Shown here: positions 11,162-21,700 of the stretch, piece after piece
Numbering within the stretch: the stretch's first letter is position 1
Layout: every line of letters begins with the position of its first letter
From: Alloprevotella sp.
Lineage (GTDB): Bacteria; Bacteroidota; Bacteroidia; Bacteroidales; Bacteroidaceae
Assembly (NCBI GenBank): GCA_017476545.1
Contig: JAFUZP010000032.1
Span: 27,180 to 91,179, forward strand
DNA: 64,000 bases
Direction of reading: 5' to 3'
Notes under the pieces: model-generated
The model's input: the letters and a program-made list of their open reading frames with translations, nothing else
The model's database searches: none
Told to the model about the DNA's origin: nothing
Position numbers and translations under genes: made by a program

Positions 11162-11169
11162 CAAAGATA
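11162..11169 (-). promoter_or_regulatory. Bacteroidetes sigma-A -7 box (TATCTTTG) for rlhA
   Basis: Matches TAnnTTTG; 9 nt upstream of the ATG. Confidence 0.6.
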
Positions 11170-11366
11170 CGACTTTTTCTGTAATACGCACAGGTTTTGT
11201 ACGCAGTGTGCGGCAATACGGGTGCGAAATTGGTCAGAAACGGGGGGGTAGGAAAAGAAGATTGGGGGCAGGGACCTGGGAACGGCGCTGTTTGCAGCAT
11301 TCCTTGTGAAGCCAGGCCTTGCCTCGTTCGGCTTTGTACCCCTCGCCCGCATGGGGAAGTTTTTCT

Positions 11367-11446
11367 TGCCCCTAGGGTTAGTTCTCCGTAACCCTATAGT
11401 CAGTACGCCGTAACCCTAGGGTTAGGAACACGCATCCCTGGGGCTG
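11367..11446. repeat. 22-bp-period palindromic array 1
   Basis: Cores tgcccctagggtta (11367), taaccctatagtca (11389), taaccctagggtta (11411) and degenerate catccctggggctg (11433); linkers gttctccg, gtacgccg, ggaacacg. Confidence 0.9.
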
Positions 11447-11479
11447 GTTCTTGCCAGCTGTGGTGGCGGCAAAATGTAA

Positions 11480-11513
11480 GGCGGGACAGAGCCTTTTCGG
11501 ACTCTGCCCCGCC
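11480..11513 (-). terminator. Hairpin downstream of the lpxA paralog
   Basis: Minus strand ggcggggcagagtcc-gaaa-aggctctgtcccgcc followed by ttacattttg. Confidence 0.5.
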
Positions 11514-11533
11514 GGTTTTCATCGCAGTGCGGA

Positions 11534-12325
11534 CTATTCGGTACGGCGCACGATGCCGCGCTTGGAATTGCGGATAAAGTCCACGATATTGTCGATTTCC
11601 TCGCTCCCAGGTATCTGCTCCGTGATTTTTTGCAGAGCGTCCTCGAGCGCCTCATTGCCGGAATAGACAATACGGTAGGCGTTGCTGATGTGGCGCAGGA
11701 TGCGCTCCTGCATTCCGAACTTCTGGAGAATCGTGGCACTGACGCCATGGTAGCTGGCGGGTGTCCCACCGAGGATGATGTAAGGAGGCACGTCCTTCTG
11801 CACGACACAGCCGCTCTGAATCAGGCTGAACTGCCCGACGCGTGCACAGTGTTGCAGTATCACGCCACTGGAGAGTATCGCGTGGCTCTGTATTTCGCAG
11901 TCGCCCGCTACCTGTGAACCGATGCCTAAAACAGCATCGTCTCCAATGTGGACATCATGGCAGATATGCACTCCGTCCATCAGATAGTTGCGGTGGCCGA
12001 TAGTAGTAGCCGCGTCTTCCTCAAGTCCGCCGGCAATGACGACATTCTCACGGATACTGTTGTCGTCTCCAATGCGTACATGAGTGGCTTGTCCGCCCTG
12101 CCAACGGAAACTTTGAGGCGTTGCGCCGATGACGGCGTGCTGATAGACATGGTTGTTACGTCCGAGGGTCGCGCCGGGCAGGATGCTGGCATAAGCGTGG
12201 ATGATACACCCGTCACCGATGACGGTGTCGCGGTCAATATAAGCGAAAGGATGCACCTCGACATCCTTACCCAGCACGGCACTGGGGTGGATGTAGGCAA
12301 GCGGGCTGATACGTTCAGGATTCAT
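11534..12325 (-). CDS. lpxA: Acyl-ACP:UDP-N-acetylglucosamine O-acyltransferase (LpxA paralog)
   Basis: Hexapeptide repeats, IGDDNSIRENV, HICHD and DVPPY motifs, helical C-terminus ending SKRGIVR. Confidence 0.8.
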   Translation of the reverse strand: MNPERISPLAYIHPSAVLGKDVEVHPFAYIDRDTVIGDGCIIHAYASILPGATLGRNNHVYQHAVIGATPQSFRWQGGQATHVRIGDDNSIRENVVIAGGLEEDAATTIGHRNYLMDGVHICHDVHIGDDAVLGIGSQVAGDCEIQSHAILSSGVILQHCARVGQFSLIQSGCVVQKDVPPYIILGGTPASYHGVSATILQKFGMQERILRHISNAYRIVYSGNEALEDALQKITEQIPGSEEIDNIVDFIRNSKRGIVRRTE

Positions 12326-12338
12326 GGTAGGTACAGGT

Positions 12339-13739
12339 TTAGTTATTACCGCCGCCAAGAGCCTGATAAAGGCTTATGGCTGCTTGAATTTTGTCGAATT
12401 GTGCGGAAATAAGGTCCAGACGGGCTTGTAAGAGGGACTGCTGCGCCGAAAGTGTTTCCAGATAGGATGCGGAAGTGTCCGTACGGAAGAGAAATTCGGT
12501 GGTCTCCACCGCCTTCTCCAATTCTTTCAGTAGCGTCTGGTGTCCGCCGATGCGGGCCTGTGCAGCTTGGTAGTCTGAAAGCGCGTTGTTTACCTCATTG
12601 CCGACGGTCAGCAACTTCTGCTCAAAGTCAATTTGGGCCGCCTCCTGTTGTATTTTGGCCAGTTCCAGGTTTGCGCGGAGCTTGCCCTGAGCGAACAGGG
12701 GCTGCGTGAGCTGGCCGATAGCCGACAGGAGAATTTTTCCCGGATTAACGATTACGCCTGCGTTGTTCGTCCATCCCGCGCTGCCGGAGAGGGTTAGCTG
12801 CGGATAGAAGGCACCACGCGCACCGAGCACGCCATAGTAAGCGTATGCCATCTGTAATTCCGCAGCGCGTACGTCGGGGCGGTTTTGAAGCAACTGGAGG
12901 GGTACGCCTGCGGAAAGGCGTTCGGGCAGATGTGCATCGGCAAGGACGCCGCGCGGAATGCTGTGAGAAGTTTCATGCATCAGGGCACAAAGACTGTTCT
13001 CCACCTGCCTTATGCTGTTCTCCATCGCAGGGATGCCCGTCAGTATGGAGAGGCGGTTGGCCTTTGTCTGGGATACCGCTGCAGCGTTTGTCCAGCCAGC
13101 CTGCCACATGGCCTCCATTGCCTCGACATTCTTGCTCCAGATGTCGGCCGTGGCGCGTGTGGTAGCCAACTGCTCGTCTAGCATCTCAAGCGTATAATAG
13201 AGGTTGGCGACGGCGCAAATGATGCCGGTCTGAGTCGCTTGCCGCGCTGCCCGCGTCTGATAGAGGGTCATCTCACTTTGCTTACGGGCGTTGCGCAGCG
13301 TCCCGAATATATCGGCCTGCCAGCTTGCCTGTACAGGTATGTTGTACGTAGCGATGGCTTTGCCGAAATCAAAACTATTGACACTTGCCTGCGGCGATAC
13401 GGCTACTTGCGGCAGGAAGGCAAGCCGGGCAACCTTGAGACCCTGTTCGGCCTGCCGGATGGTCAGGTCGGCCTTGCGCAGGTCGGTATTCGCTTCCAAT
13501 GCGCGCTCTATGAGTGCCTGCAAACGCGGGTCGGTGAAGACTTCACGCCAGGGTAGGTTGCCAAAGTTGGCTGTGTCGGCAGCCAGCGTCCCGTCCAGCG
13601 AGGCCGTGTCGCGGAAGAGGGATTCGGGCACACCGAGGCTGTCAGGACGTGCGTAGTCGGAGTAGAGTGTCTTGTGGTGCTGGCAGGAGGCCATCGCTCC
13701 CGCACACATTATTATATATATATATAGGATCTTTTTCAT
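12339..13739 (-). CDS. RND efflux outer-membrane lipoprotein (NodT/TolC family)
   Basis: Lipobox MASC; WREVFTDPRL, LLQNRPDVRAAE and LYQALGGG motifs; start moved to MKKIL at 13739. Confidence 0.92.
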   Translation of the reverse strand: MKKILYIYIIMCAGAMASCQHHKTLYSDYARPDSLGVPESLFRDTASLDGTLAADTANFGNLPWREVFTDPRLQALIERALEANTDLRKADLTIRQAEQGLKVARLAFLPQVAVSPQASVNSFDFGKAIATYNIPVQASWQADIFGTLRNARKQSEMTLYQTRAARQATQTGIICAVANLYYTLEMLDEQLATTRATADIWSKNVEAMEAMWQAGWTNAAAVSQTKANRLSILTGIPAMENSIRQVENSLCALMHETSHSIPRGVLADAHLPERLSAGVPLQLLQNRPDVRAAELQMAYAYYGVLGARGAFYPQLTLSGSAGWTNNAGVIVNPGKILLSAIGQLTQPLFAQGKLRANLELAKIQQEAAQIDFEQKLLTVGNEVNNALSDYQAAQARIGGHQTLLKELEKAVETTEFLFRTDTSASYLETLSAQQSLLQARLDLISAQFDKIQAAISLYQALGGGNN

Positions 13740-13752
13740 CTTGCACGTGCTT

Positions 13753-16700
13753 TTATTTACTGTATTGCTCGATGTCGGGTTCCGCATCCGTATTGTCAAT
13801 GTCTTCCCATACCATGGGTTTAACACGCTCTTGCAGCGCTTCGAAGATGACAAATAGGGAGGGAACAATGAATATCTGGCATATCATGCCAATGAGCATA
13901 CCGCCTACTGCCGCCGTACCGAGGGAGCGGTTTCCGTTTCCTCCGACACCGAAGGAGAACATCAAGGGCAGCAAACCGATAATCATGGCGAAAGAGGTCA
14001 TCAGAATCGGACGCAGACGGGCTCCCGCGCCGAGTACGGCGGCCCAGGTGATGCTCATGCCCATTTTTCGCCGCTCCAATGCGAACTCAACTATCAGGAT
14101 AGCGTTCTTTGCCAGTAGGCCTATGAGCATGATAAGCGCGATCTGCGTGTAAATATTGTTCTGGGCCGTACCGAATATGGGTAGCAGGTTGTTGATTCCA
14201 CCCATCATCTGGATGAAGATGAACGAACCGGCAAGCCCAAACGGGACGGAGAGGATAACCGCTAACGGTAGGATGTAGCTCTCGTACTGGGCGGACAAAA
14301 GCAGATAGATGAACATGATACAGAGCAGGAAGATGATACCCGTCGTGTCGCTGGAGCGGGCTTCATCGCGCGTAAGGCCGGAGTACTCGAAGCTATAGCC
14401 CTGCGGCAAATATTGTGCCGCCGTCTCCTCAATGGCTTTCATAGCCTCACCGGATGTCGCACCATCCGCCGGATTACCCATTATGTCTATGGATGTAAAG
14501 AGGTTGAAGCGGTTAATGTTGTCCGGACCATAGACGCGCTGCAAGCTCATGAACTGGGTAATCGGCGCCATCTCGGCACCATTGCGCACCATAACCTGCT
14601 TCAAGCTTTCCGTATTGATACGGTGGCTCGGATCTGCTTGTATCATGACGCGGTACAACTTACCGAATCGGTTGAAATTTGAACTGTACAGGCCACCATA
14701 GTACCCTTGGAGCGTTGTCAGTATATCGCTCGGAGTGAGGCCTGCCTTAGCGCATTGTGCCACGTCAATGTCTATGAGATATTGCGGGAAGGCAGGGTTG
14801 AAGGTCGTTTGGGCGGACTGTATTTCAGGCCGCTCCAGCAGGTGGTCCATAAACTCCTTCGTGATATTGAAAAATTTGTTGAGGTCGCCGCCTGTGCGGT
14901 CTTGCAGAGAAATCGTAAAACCGTTCGTTGCACCGAATCCTGGTACCATAGGCGGTTGGAAAAAGAGCACTTGTGCGTCTTTAATAACCTCACGGCACTT
15001 CAGCAATAACGTAATGGCTATGATCTGCGCACCCTCCTTCATAGAGCGCTCTTCCCATGGTTTTAGGCGGACGAATACGGAGCCATAGCTAGCTCCTTGG
15101 CCGCCAGTCATGCCGAAACCGGACACGACAGCGCGTGTCTTGATGGCCGGACAGGAAGCAACTATGCTATCAACCTGCATTAAGACCCTGTCCGTCCGGT
15201 CCTGGGAGGTGCCTGGGGGAAGCGTGACAGCACCGAGGATAAAACCAGTGTCCTCGTTGGGTACGAGTGCCTGAGGGGTCTTCTGCATGAGGAAGAATAA
15301 TCCGACAATACCTACTACTACGGCAGCAAGCGTCAGCAGCGGCTTGCGTGTCACGCGAACGACAGCCCCTTTGTATTTATTAAGCTGGCGGTCAAAGAAG
15401 CGGTTGAACCACTTATGGAAGCGTCCCACGAAGGTTGTCTTATGCCCAGCCTCGGCCTCGTCGTGCGCTTTTAGGAAGATAGCGCAAAGGGCAGGGGAGA
15501 GCGTCAGTGCGTTCAGGGCGGAGAAGCCAATCGCGACGGCCATTGTCAAACCAAACTGCCGGTAGAAAACACCACTCGTCCCACCGATAAAACTTACGGG
15601 AATGAAAACAGCCATCATCACAAGGGTAATGCTGACAATCGCGCTCCCAAGCTCGCTCATCGCGTCAATGCTGGCTTTCTTCGCCGACTTGTAGCCTTGG
15701 TCAAGCTTAGCGTGCACGCCCTCAACAACTATGATGGCGTCGTCCACCACTATGGCTATGGCTAACACAAGTGCATTCAGTGTCAGAAGATTCACTGAGA
15801 AGCCCATTAGATTCAACGCAAAGAACGTTCCGACGAGACTGACGGGGATGGCAATGGCTGGTATGAGCGTGCTGCGCATATCTTGCAGGAAGATATAGAC
15901 GACAAGGAACACCAGCAAGAACGCCTCCACCAGCGTCTTAATAACTTCTTGGATAGAAGCGAAGAGGAAGTCATTCACGTTGTTGAGCTGCTCAATTACT
16001 ATGCCATCGGGCATTGTCGCGTTGGCCTCTTCAAAGAACTGCTCCAAGGTCTGCACGGTAGTCGTAGCGTTGGTTCCGGCCAGCTGGTACACAATACAGG
16101 TCACACCGTTGTGTCCGTTCGTCCATGAGCCCCAGGCATAACTTTCGCGGCCCAGTTCAATGGTCGCTACGTCCTTCAGGCGGAGCACTTCTCCGTCGGG
16201 CAAGGCCTTGACAACCATGTCGCCGAAGTCCTCCTCCGTGGAGAGGCGGCCTTTCCAGGTAAGGGTATATTGGAATGTCTGGTTCTCCCGTTCGCCGATG
16301 GTGCCCGGTGCGGCCTCAATATTCTGTGTGGCCAGCATTCCTGCGATATCGGTTGGCATGAGGTGGTACTGCGCCATTTTTGCGGGATCGAGCCATAGGC
16401 GCATGGAGTAGCTACCTCCCATCACCATCGCATCACCGACGCCGTTAATGCGTTTCACCTGCGGGATAACGTTAATCTGCGCATAATTTTCCAGGAACTC
16501 ACGGGTGTATTTGTCTTTTGAGTCCACAACGGAGAATACGGCCAGCATGGAGTTCTGACGCTTCTGCGTAATAACGCCGACGCGCGTCACCTCGGCCGGA
16601 AGCAGTCCCTGTGCCATTGCCACGCGGTTCTGCACGTTCACGGCCGCCATGTCCGGGTCTGTTCCTTGTTTGAAAGTGATGGTAATTCGTGCTGCGCCGG

Positions 16701-16956
16701 TACTGGTCGCCGTGGACGACATGTAGTCCATGTTCTCCACACCGTTAATCTGTTCCTCAAGCGGGATGATAACGGAGTTAAGCACGGTTTGTGCGTTAGC
16801 ACCCGTGTATTGGGTGCTGACAGATATGGTAGGTGGAGCAATGTCCGGGTACTGTAAGACGGGAAGGCTCAGTAGGCCTATGACACCGAGGATGACGATT
16901 AGAATCGACACCACCGTGGACAAAACCGGACGCTCTATAAAGCGGGATAAATTCAT
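13753..16956 (-). CDS. HAE1-family RND efflux permease
   Basis: FIERPV, QYPDIAPP, VVDDAIIVVE, KNAILIVEFA and RLRPILMTS motifs. Confidence 0.95.
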   Translation of the reverse strand: MNLSRFIERPVLSTVVSILIVILGVIGLLSLPVLQYPDIAPPTISVSTQYTGANAQTVLNSVIIPLEEQINGVENMDYMSSTATSTGAARITITFKQGTDPDMAAVNVQNRVAMAQGLLPAEVTRVGVITQKRQNSMLAVFSVVDSKDKYTREFLENYAQINVIPQVKRINGVGDAMVMGGSYSMRLWLDPAKMAQYHLMPTDIAGMLATQNIEAAPGTIGERENQTFQYTLTWKGRLSTEEDFGDMVVKALPDGEVLRLKDVATIELGRESYAWGSWTNGHNGVTCIVYQLAGTNATTTVQTLEQFFEEANATMPDGIVIEQLNNVNDFLFASIQEVIKTLVEAFLLVFLVVYIFLQDMRSTLIPAIAIPVSLVGTFFALNLMGFSVNLLTLNALVLAIAIVVDDAIIVVEGVHAKLDQGYKSAKKASIDAMSELGSAIVSITLVMMAVFIPVSFIGGTSGVFYRQFGLTMAVAIGFSALNALTLSPALCAIFLKAHDEAEAGHKTTFVGRFHKWFNRFFDRQLNKYKGAVVRVTRKPLLTLAAVVVGIVGLFFLMQKTPQALVPNEDTGFILGAVTLPPGTSQDRTDRVLMQVDSIVASCPAIKTRAVVSGFGMTGGQGASYGSVFVRLKPWEERSMKEGAQIIAITLLLKCREVIKDAQVLFFQPPMVPGFGATNGFTISLQDRTGGDLNKFFNITKEFMDHLLERPEIQSAQTTFNPAFPQYLIDIDVAQCAKAGLTPSDILTTLQGYYGGLYSSNFNRFGKLYRVMIQADPSHRINTESLKQVMVRNGAEMAPITQFMSLQRVYGPDNINRFNLFTSIDIMGNPADGATSGEAMKAIEETAAQYLPQGYSFEYSGLTRDEARSSDTTGIIFLLCIMFIYLLLSAQYESYILPLAVILSVPFGLAGSFIFIQMMGGINNLLPIFGTAQNNIYTQIALIMLIGLLAKNAILIVEFALERRKMGMSITWAAVLGAGARLRPILMTSFAMIIGLLPLMFSFGVGGNGNRSLGTAAVGGMLIGMICQIFIVPSLFVIFEALQERVKPMVWEDIDNTDAEPDIEQYSK

Positions 16957-16974
16957 CGTATCAGTTATAAATTG

Positions 16975-18189
16975 TTAGAACGGGAGTTTACCGTCCTTAA
17001 TGTCCTGTTTCGCTTGTTCACGCATCTTCTGAGCTTCGGCTGGCGTGATGGGCTGTATTTCCTGACCGTTCTTCAAGTTCTGTACACCCTCGACAACAAT
17101 TCTGTCGCCCGCCTTGAGACCGTCTGTTACCACATAGTTCACGCCGTCGCTCTGCGCCTCTACCTTAATCTCGGTCGAGGAGACCTTGTTGTCTTTCCCT
17201 ACGACATAGACGAACTTCTTATCCTGAATCTCAGTTGTAGCGGCCTGCGGAATTATGATAGCCTGCGCTGTGAAGACGGGCATCTGGATATTGGCTGAGC
17301 CGCCACTGCGGAGGATGCGGTGCGGATTGGGGAAGGTAGCGCGCATCTGCACGGCACCTGTTGCTTGGTCGATAACTCCTCCGACGGCATCAACCGTGCC
17401 CTGCTCGCCATAGGTCGTCCCGTCAGCGAGTATTAACTTCACGGCTGGCATCTGGCGCATGGCCTCCTGCACGCCGCCATTGCCCGTCCTAGCCATTTCC
17501 AATAACTGCTTCTCCGTCATGGAGAAGTAGGCCTGCACGGAGCCGATGTCTGAAACAGTCGTGAAAGGCTCGGCCATACTCGGCCCTACGAGCGCACCCA
17601 CTTTGAGCGGAAGCATCCCTATCACGCCGCTGGTCGGTGCGGTAACGGTGCAGAAGCGCAGGTTATCGCGGGCTGCAGCCAGCTGTGCCTGTGCGGCGCC
17701 CAACTGTGCTTGTGCTGCCCCCAGCTGTGCCTTCAGGCTTTGCACTTGGTTCTCGCTCGTTTTGTACTCGTATTCGGAAATTATCTGTTTCTCAAAGAGC
17801 ATCTTCTTGTTCTGTTGGGTCAGCTCAGCAGTCGCGATATTACTCTTTACGACGTTAATCTGCTGTTGCGCGGACTTGACAGCCTCCTGCGCCTGGCGCA
17901 CAGCTGCGCTGAATTGCTCACTGTCAATGGTGAATAACGCTTGCCCGCGGCCCACGGTTTGTCCCTCTTTCACAAAAATGCGCGTAATGAAACCAGAAAC
18001 TTTCGGGCGGATTTCCACATCCTGCACGCCTTTTAGCGTTGCCGGATAGGTGGTGCTCAGCTCTGCCGAGGCGGGTTGCACGCTAATAACGGCATAATGG
18101 GTGTCGGCATCGGGCATTCCCTGCTGCTCTTTCTTGCAGGAACTTGCCAGCAAAGCGATGCTAAGCATGAATAGTGTGGTCTTTTTCAT
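16975..18189 (-). CDS. RND efflux periplasmic adaptor subunit
   Basis: Lipobox ASSC; EIRPKVSG motif, coiled-coil hairpin, RATFPNP, GLKAGDRIV. Confidence 0.93.
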   Translation of the reverse strand: MKKTTLFMLSIALLASSCKKEQQGMPDADTHYAVISVQPASAELSTTYPATLKGVQDVEIRPKVSGFITRIFVKEGQTVGRGQALFTIDSEQFSAAVRQAQEAVKSAQQQINVVKSNIATAELTQQNKKMLFEKQIISEYEYKTSENQVQSLKAQLGAAQAQLGAAQAQLAAARDNLRFCTVTAPTSGVIGMLPLKVGALVGPSMAEPFTTVSDIGSVQAYFSMTEKQLLEMARTGNGGVQEAMRQMPAVKLILADGTTYGEQGTVDAVGGVIDQATGAVQMRATFPNPHRILRSGGSANIQMPVFTAQAIIIPQAATTEIQDKKFVYVVGKDNKVSSTEIKVEAQSDGVNYVVTDGLKAGDRIVVEGVQNLKNGQEIQPITPAEAQKMREQAKQDIKDGKLPF

Positions 18190-18275
18190 AAATTTATTGC
18201 GTATTTAGTTATTTTTGAGCGTTAGTTGTACATGTGGTAGTCGGCGGTAATGCATCTTCCGCCGCCAAAGTGCCG

Positions 18276-18283
18276 CAAATTTA
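18276..18283 (-). promoter_or_regulatory. -7 box (TAAATTTG) for the efflux operon
   Basis: TAnnTTTG match 86 nt upstream of the ATG. Confidence 0.5.
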
Positions 18284-18539
18284 CCACCTTTTTCTTGTCC
18301 TTTGCCGTTGAGGAAAAGCGGAAAAAGTGGTCATTTAGGCTTTTTTAGGTTTCTTCTGCCCTTTTTTGTATTTCGCTTTAGAAAAATGTAAAGTCGGTTT
18401 TCCAAAAAACATTGCTCGCCTCGTTGCTGCCAAGTGCCACCAATATCTTATTATCGCGTCAATGGGTAAGAGCTGGGGCTGGGTGGCAAGAAGGCCGGGC
18501 GGGAATAAAACGATGCGTCCTAGTGGCTGATTTCCGCCC

Positions 18540-18619
18540 CCCCCCTAGGGGCAGTCCGCCGTAACCATAGGGTTAGTTCGTCTTATCCCTGCGGTTAGTT
18601 TTTCCTAACCCTATGGGTA
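18540..18619. repeat. 22-bp-period palindromic array 2
   Basis: Cores cccccctaggggca (18540), taaccatagggtta (18562), tatccctgcggtta (18584), taaccctatgggta (18606); linkers gtccgccg, gttcgtct, gtttttcc. Confidence 0.9.
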
Positions 18620-18711
18620 CGGCCTTGCAGTTACAGGGGCTTTTTGCGCCCCTCATGTTACAGGCCGAAATGGGGCAGGCCGTACTTCCGCGCTTCCTCA
18701 GGGTAGGCGCA

Positions 18712-21700
18712 TCAGAGAGCCTGTTCTTGCGACAATTCCGCAGCATCCACGTAGCCCTCCACCGATACCGCGTAATCAATCAGCTGCCCAAGCAAACTGT
18801 TCTGCCGTAACAGGCTCGGTTTTCCTACGAGGAAAAGTTGCTCGCGCGCCCGGGTCATCGCTACGTTCAGTTTGCGGTCAATAGCCTTGCCACCCTCACA
18901 AAATGTTTGCGATGTGAGGAACTGCAACTGTTGGCGGCGCACAGCGGTGAACCCATATATGATGACATCGCGCTCAGAGCCTTGGTAACGCTCCACCGTG
19001 TCAATGCTAATGTCCAATAACGGGTGGTCAGGTGACTCAGCAAGGCGTTGCAGTTCGTTCCGAATCTGGCTGATTTGATTTCTGTAGGGCACGATGACGC
19101 CGAGTGTCCGCTCCGCATCAAACGCCCTGCCGTTGTCTGTGTAAAGCCGCCATACAGTTGCGCAGATCTGAGCGACGAGTTTGGCTTCGGCTGCGTTCGT
19201 CTTACCGGGTGTCACGTCCCCGTTTTCAACGGCGAAGAACAGCAGTCTTTTTTGCGCCAACAACCGACCGAGTGTACCGCTCACCTTGGAAAAATTAAGG
19301 GATTCCCGCTGGTGCGGGAGTGGAACGGGCTGCAGTTTGCCACCATAGAAGGCTATGTTGGCGAAATCCGCTACTTCTGGATGCATACGACCTTGGTGGT
19401 TCATGTGATAGGTTAGGCCTGCCGCTTCCGCAACGGGAAGAAGTCGTTCAAAGAGGGAGTGGCGGCAGTCTGTCAGGCCGATAGCGCGGAGCGTATCGTC
19501 CGCTACGCGCGACTCCGCCTCGCTTTGTTGAACTACGGCGGGCAGCTGTTTGTGGTCACCTATCAGGACAAATTTCCGAATAGCCGGCTTCGAGTGATGC
19601 TTTACCGTAAATAAAGGTAATATTTGTGGTTCAATAATTTGTGATGCCTCGTCTATTATGCACAAATCAAAGGACTTCAGTTCAAACAGGTGCGGGGTGG
19701 CGCATAGCATAGTGGTTGTGGCCACAATCACTCGGGTGCGCACCATCAGTTCGCGAAACTCCTCTACATTCCGGCAACTGGTCGCTTGGTTATGCATCAG
19801 GTGAGGCCAACACTCGCGTGAACTGTTCACCTCGCGGCCGAGACGTATGAAAGAGATGCCGTTATGTACGAGCTTAGAGCAGACTTCATCAACGGCGCGG
19901 TTGGTGAAAGCCGCAAGTAGGATAGTCCTGTGTGGCGTCAGAAGGGCTTCGCGCAGTACGTTGAGCATGCCGAACGAGGTCTTGCCGGTTCCGGGAGGCC
20001 CGACTATGAGGTAATAGTCGCGGGCGCGCTTCGCAGCGAGCACGAGTTCGTTGAATGGTCCGTAATCCCCTAGAAGGCGGACGCTTGTGTCACATTCCGG
20101 GCTGCGCTGGTTAAGGAAGAGCGCACGCCTGTCCGCATCGACCTCCAACAAGGTAAAAAGTCCCCGATAGAGTGGCCTGTAAGTGTCCACGCTGTCGTGC
20201 TCCACCGCATAGCATCGGGCATCGCCAAACAAGTGGCGGTTCTTTTGTGCCGCAGTGAGGTGAAACTGCAAACTATCTGCCTGTAGCCGGGCAATTCGGC
20301 CACGCATCACGATTCCGTGCCGCACGTCCGGCTCACCGTCTGCGGGATAGCTGTAAAGCACGGCCGCATCGCCTTCCCTGAAAGTGCTGGCAGACAACGG
20401 CTGGTCAGCAGGCGGATAAAGTTCGACGGCCTCTACGCCGCCATCAGTCGAAAGTGCATATATCTTTAAACGGAGGGGGGCCAGGATGCTGCCACTCTGC
20501 AACTTTTCCTCGAAGGTGCTGCCCCAGAGCGCAGCAAAGCCGCCTGCCTCCCGCCCTGACGCTCCAATGCGTGACAAAACCTGCTCGCGGGCGATGAAGC
20601 GCAGCATACGGTAGAAATAGCTACGCTCCAGTGGCGGAGCCTGCTGCACCCGGTCCGTGATGCGCTGGAAGGCGGGGCGTTTATACTTAGCCCAAAACCG
20701 CACTGAATGGGCTGGGTTGAAGTTCAACGCATCGGGCGTTAGGTGACCGAGTACCCCCTCTCCGCCATCTGTAGCGAGCGCCAAATCTTCTGCGACCATC
20801 GCGTTACGCATCCGTATCGCTTCACCGAGGAGTTCCGGCGCGGCACCTTCAAGCATGAGACCATCGTCCGGATAGCGCGGATAGAGCAGGTAGGAATGGA
20901 TTTCCTCGTTAGTCAGTCCATAGGAATAGTGGAGCAGTGCGCGGTAGAGCAAGACTTGCACATAATGTGGCTCCTGGTGGTAACGTCCGAATGCGCGTTG
21001 GCCGCTCTTCAGCTCTATGAGTTCCGTGTAGTCTTCCTGCAGATAGTCCATACGCCCCTGTATGCCGAGCATTTCGCAGAAGAAGGAAGGTTCAAGTACC
21101 CCGTGCCTGAAATCAAAGGCAGGCTTGGTTCGCGCGCCGTCCCACCGCAGTAGTTTGCGCAGATTGTCCCGCTGGGCTGCCGCTTCTGTATGGAAATCAA
21201 AAGGGAATGTTGCGGTGGCTAATTCGAGGGCGTTCTGCCGGAAAAAAGCGCGGCTGCTGTCCGCGTATGCGGAGGGCGGGTTACCCTCTTGGGCATGTAC
21301 CACCTCATCAAAAAGCTGCCCGACGAAATTTCCGAGTAGCACATAAGCGTTGTTCTTCAGCGGCGGGAAAAACCGGCCCAGCAGATGCTGCAAGGGGGAT
21401 CGGGTATCGAAGCAGGCGGCAATGGCTGATATGTCAAGGAGGTAATCCGGCTCGAAAATGAATAGTTCGGCCGTCTCGCCGCTATCTGTGTGGTGGGGGC
21501 GGATAAGGTTGAGCTGGCAGCCGGGATAGAGAAGGGTGCGCAGCGACTCCCATTCGCCATAGAAGTTTTTCTGTGCGTAGCGGAAAGCGCGCGGTTCACC
21601 CGCGTGGTTTTGCCCATTATATATATAGATATATGTGTCATCCCATCGTTCCACGATGACGCGGAGGTAAGGGTGGGGGGCTCTGCCGGCAGCACTGAAC

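Noticed and set aside
11411-11424. Resemblance of TAACCC-TA-GGGTTA to head-to-head telomeric TTAGGG repeats
   Set aside because: There are no tandem hexamer runs and the context is bacterial intergenic DNA; treated as coincidence.
18537-18545. C9 homopolymer as a phase-variation tract
   Set aside because: Intergenic, part of a decayed array core, and about 250 bp from the nearest promoter box.
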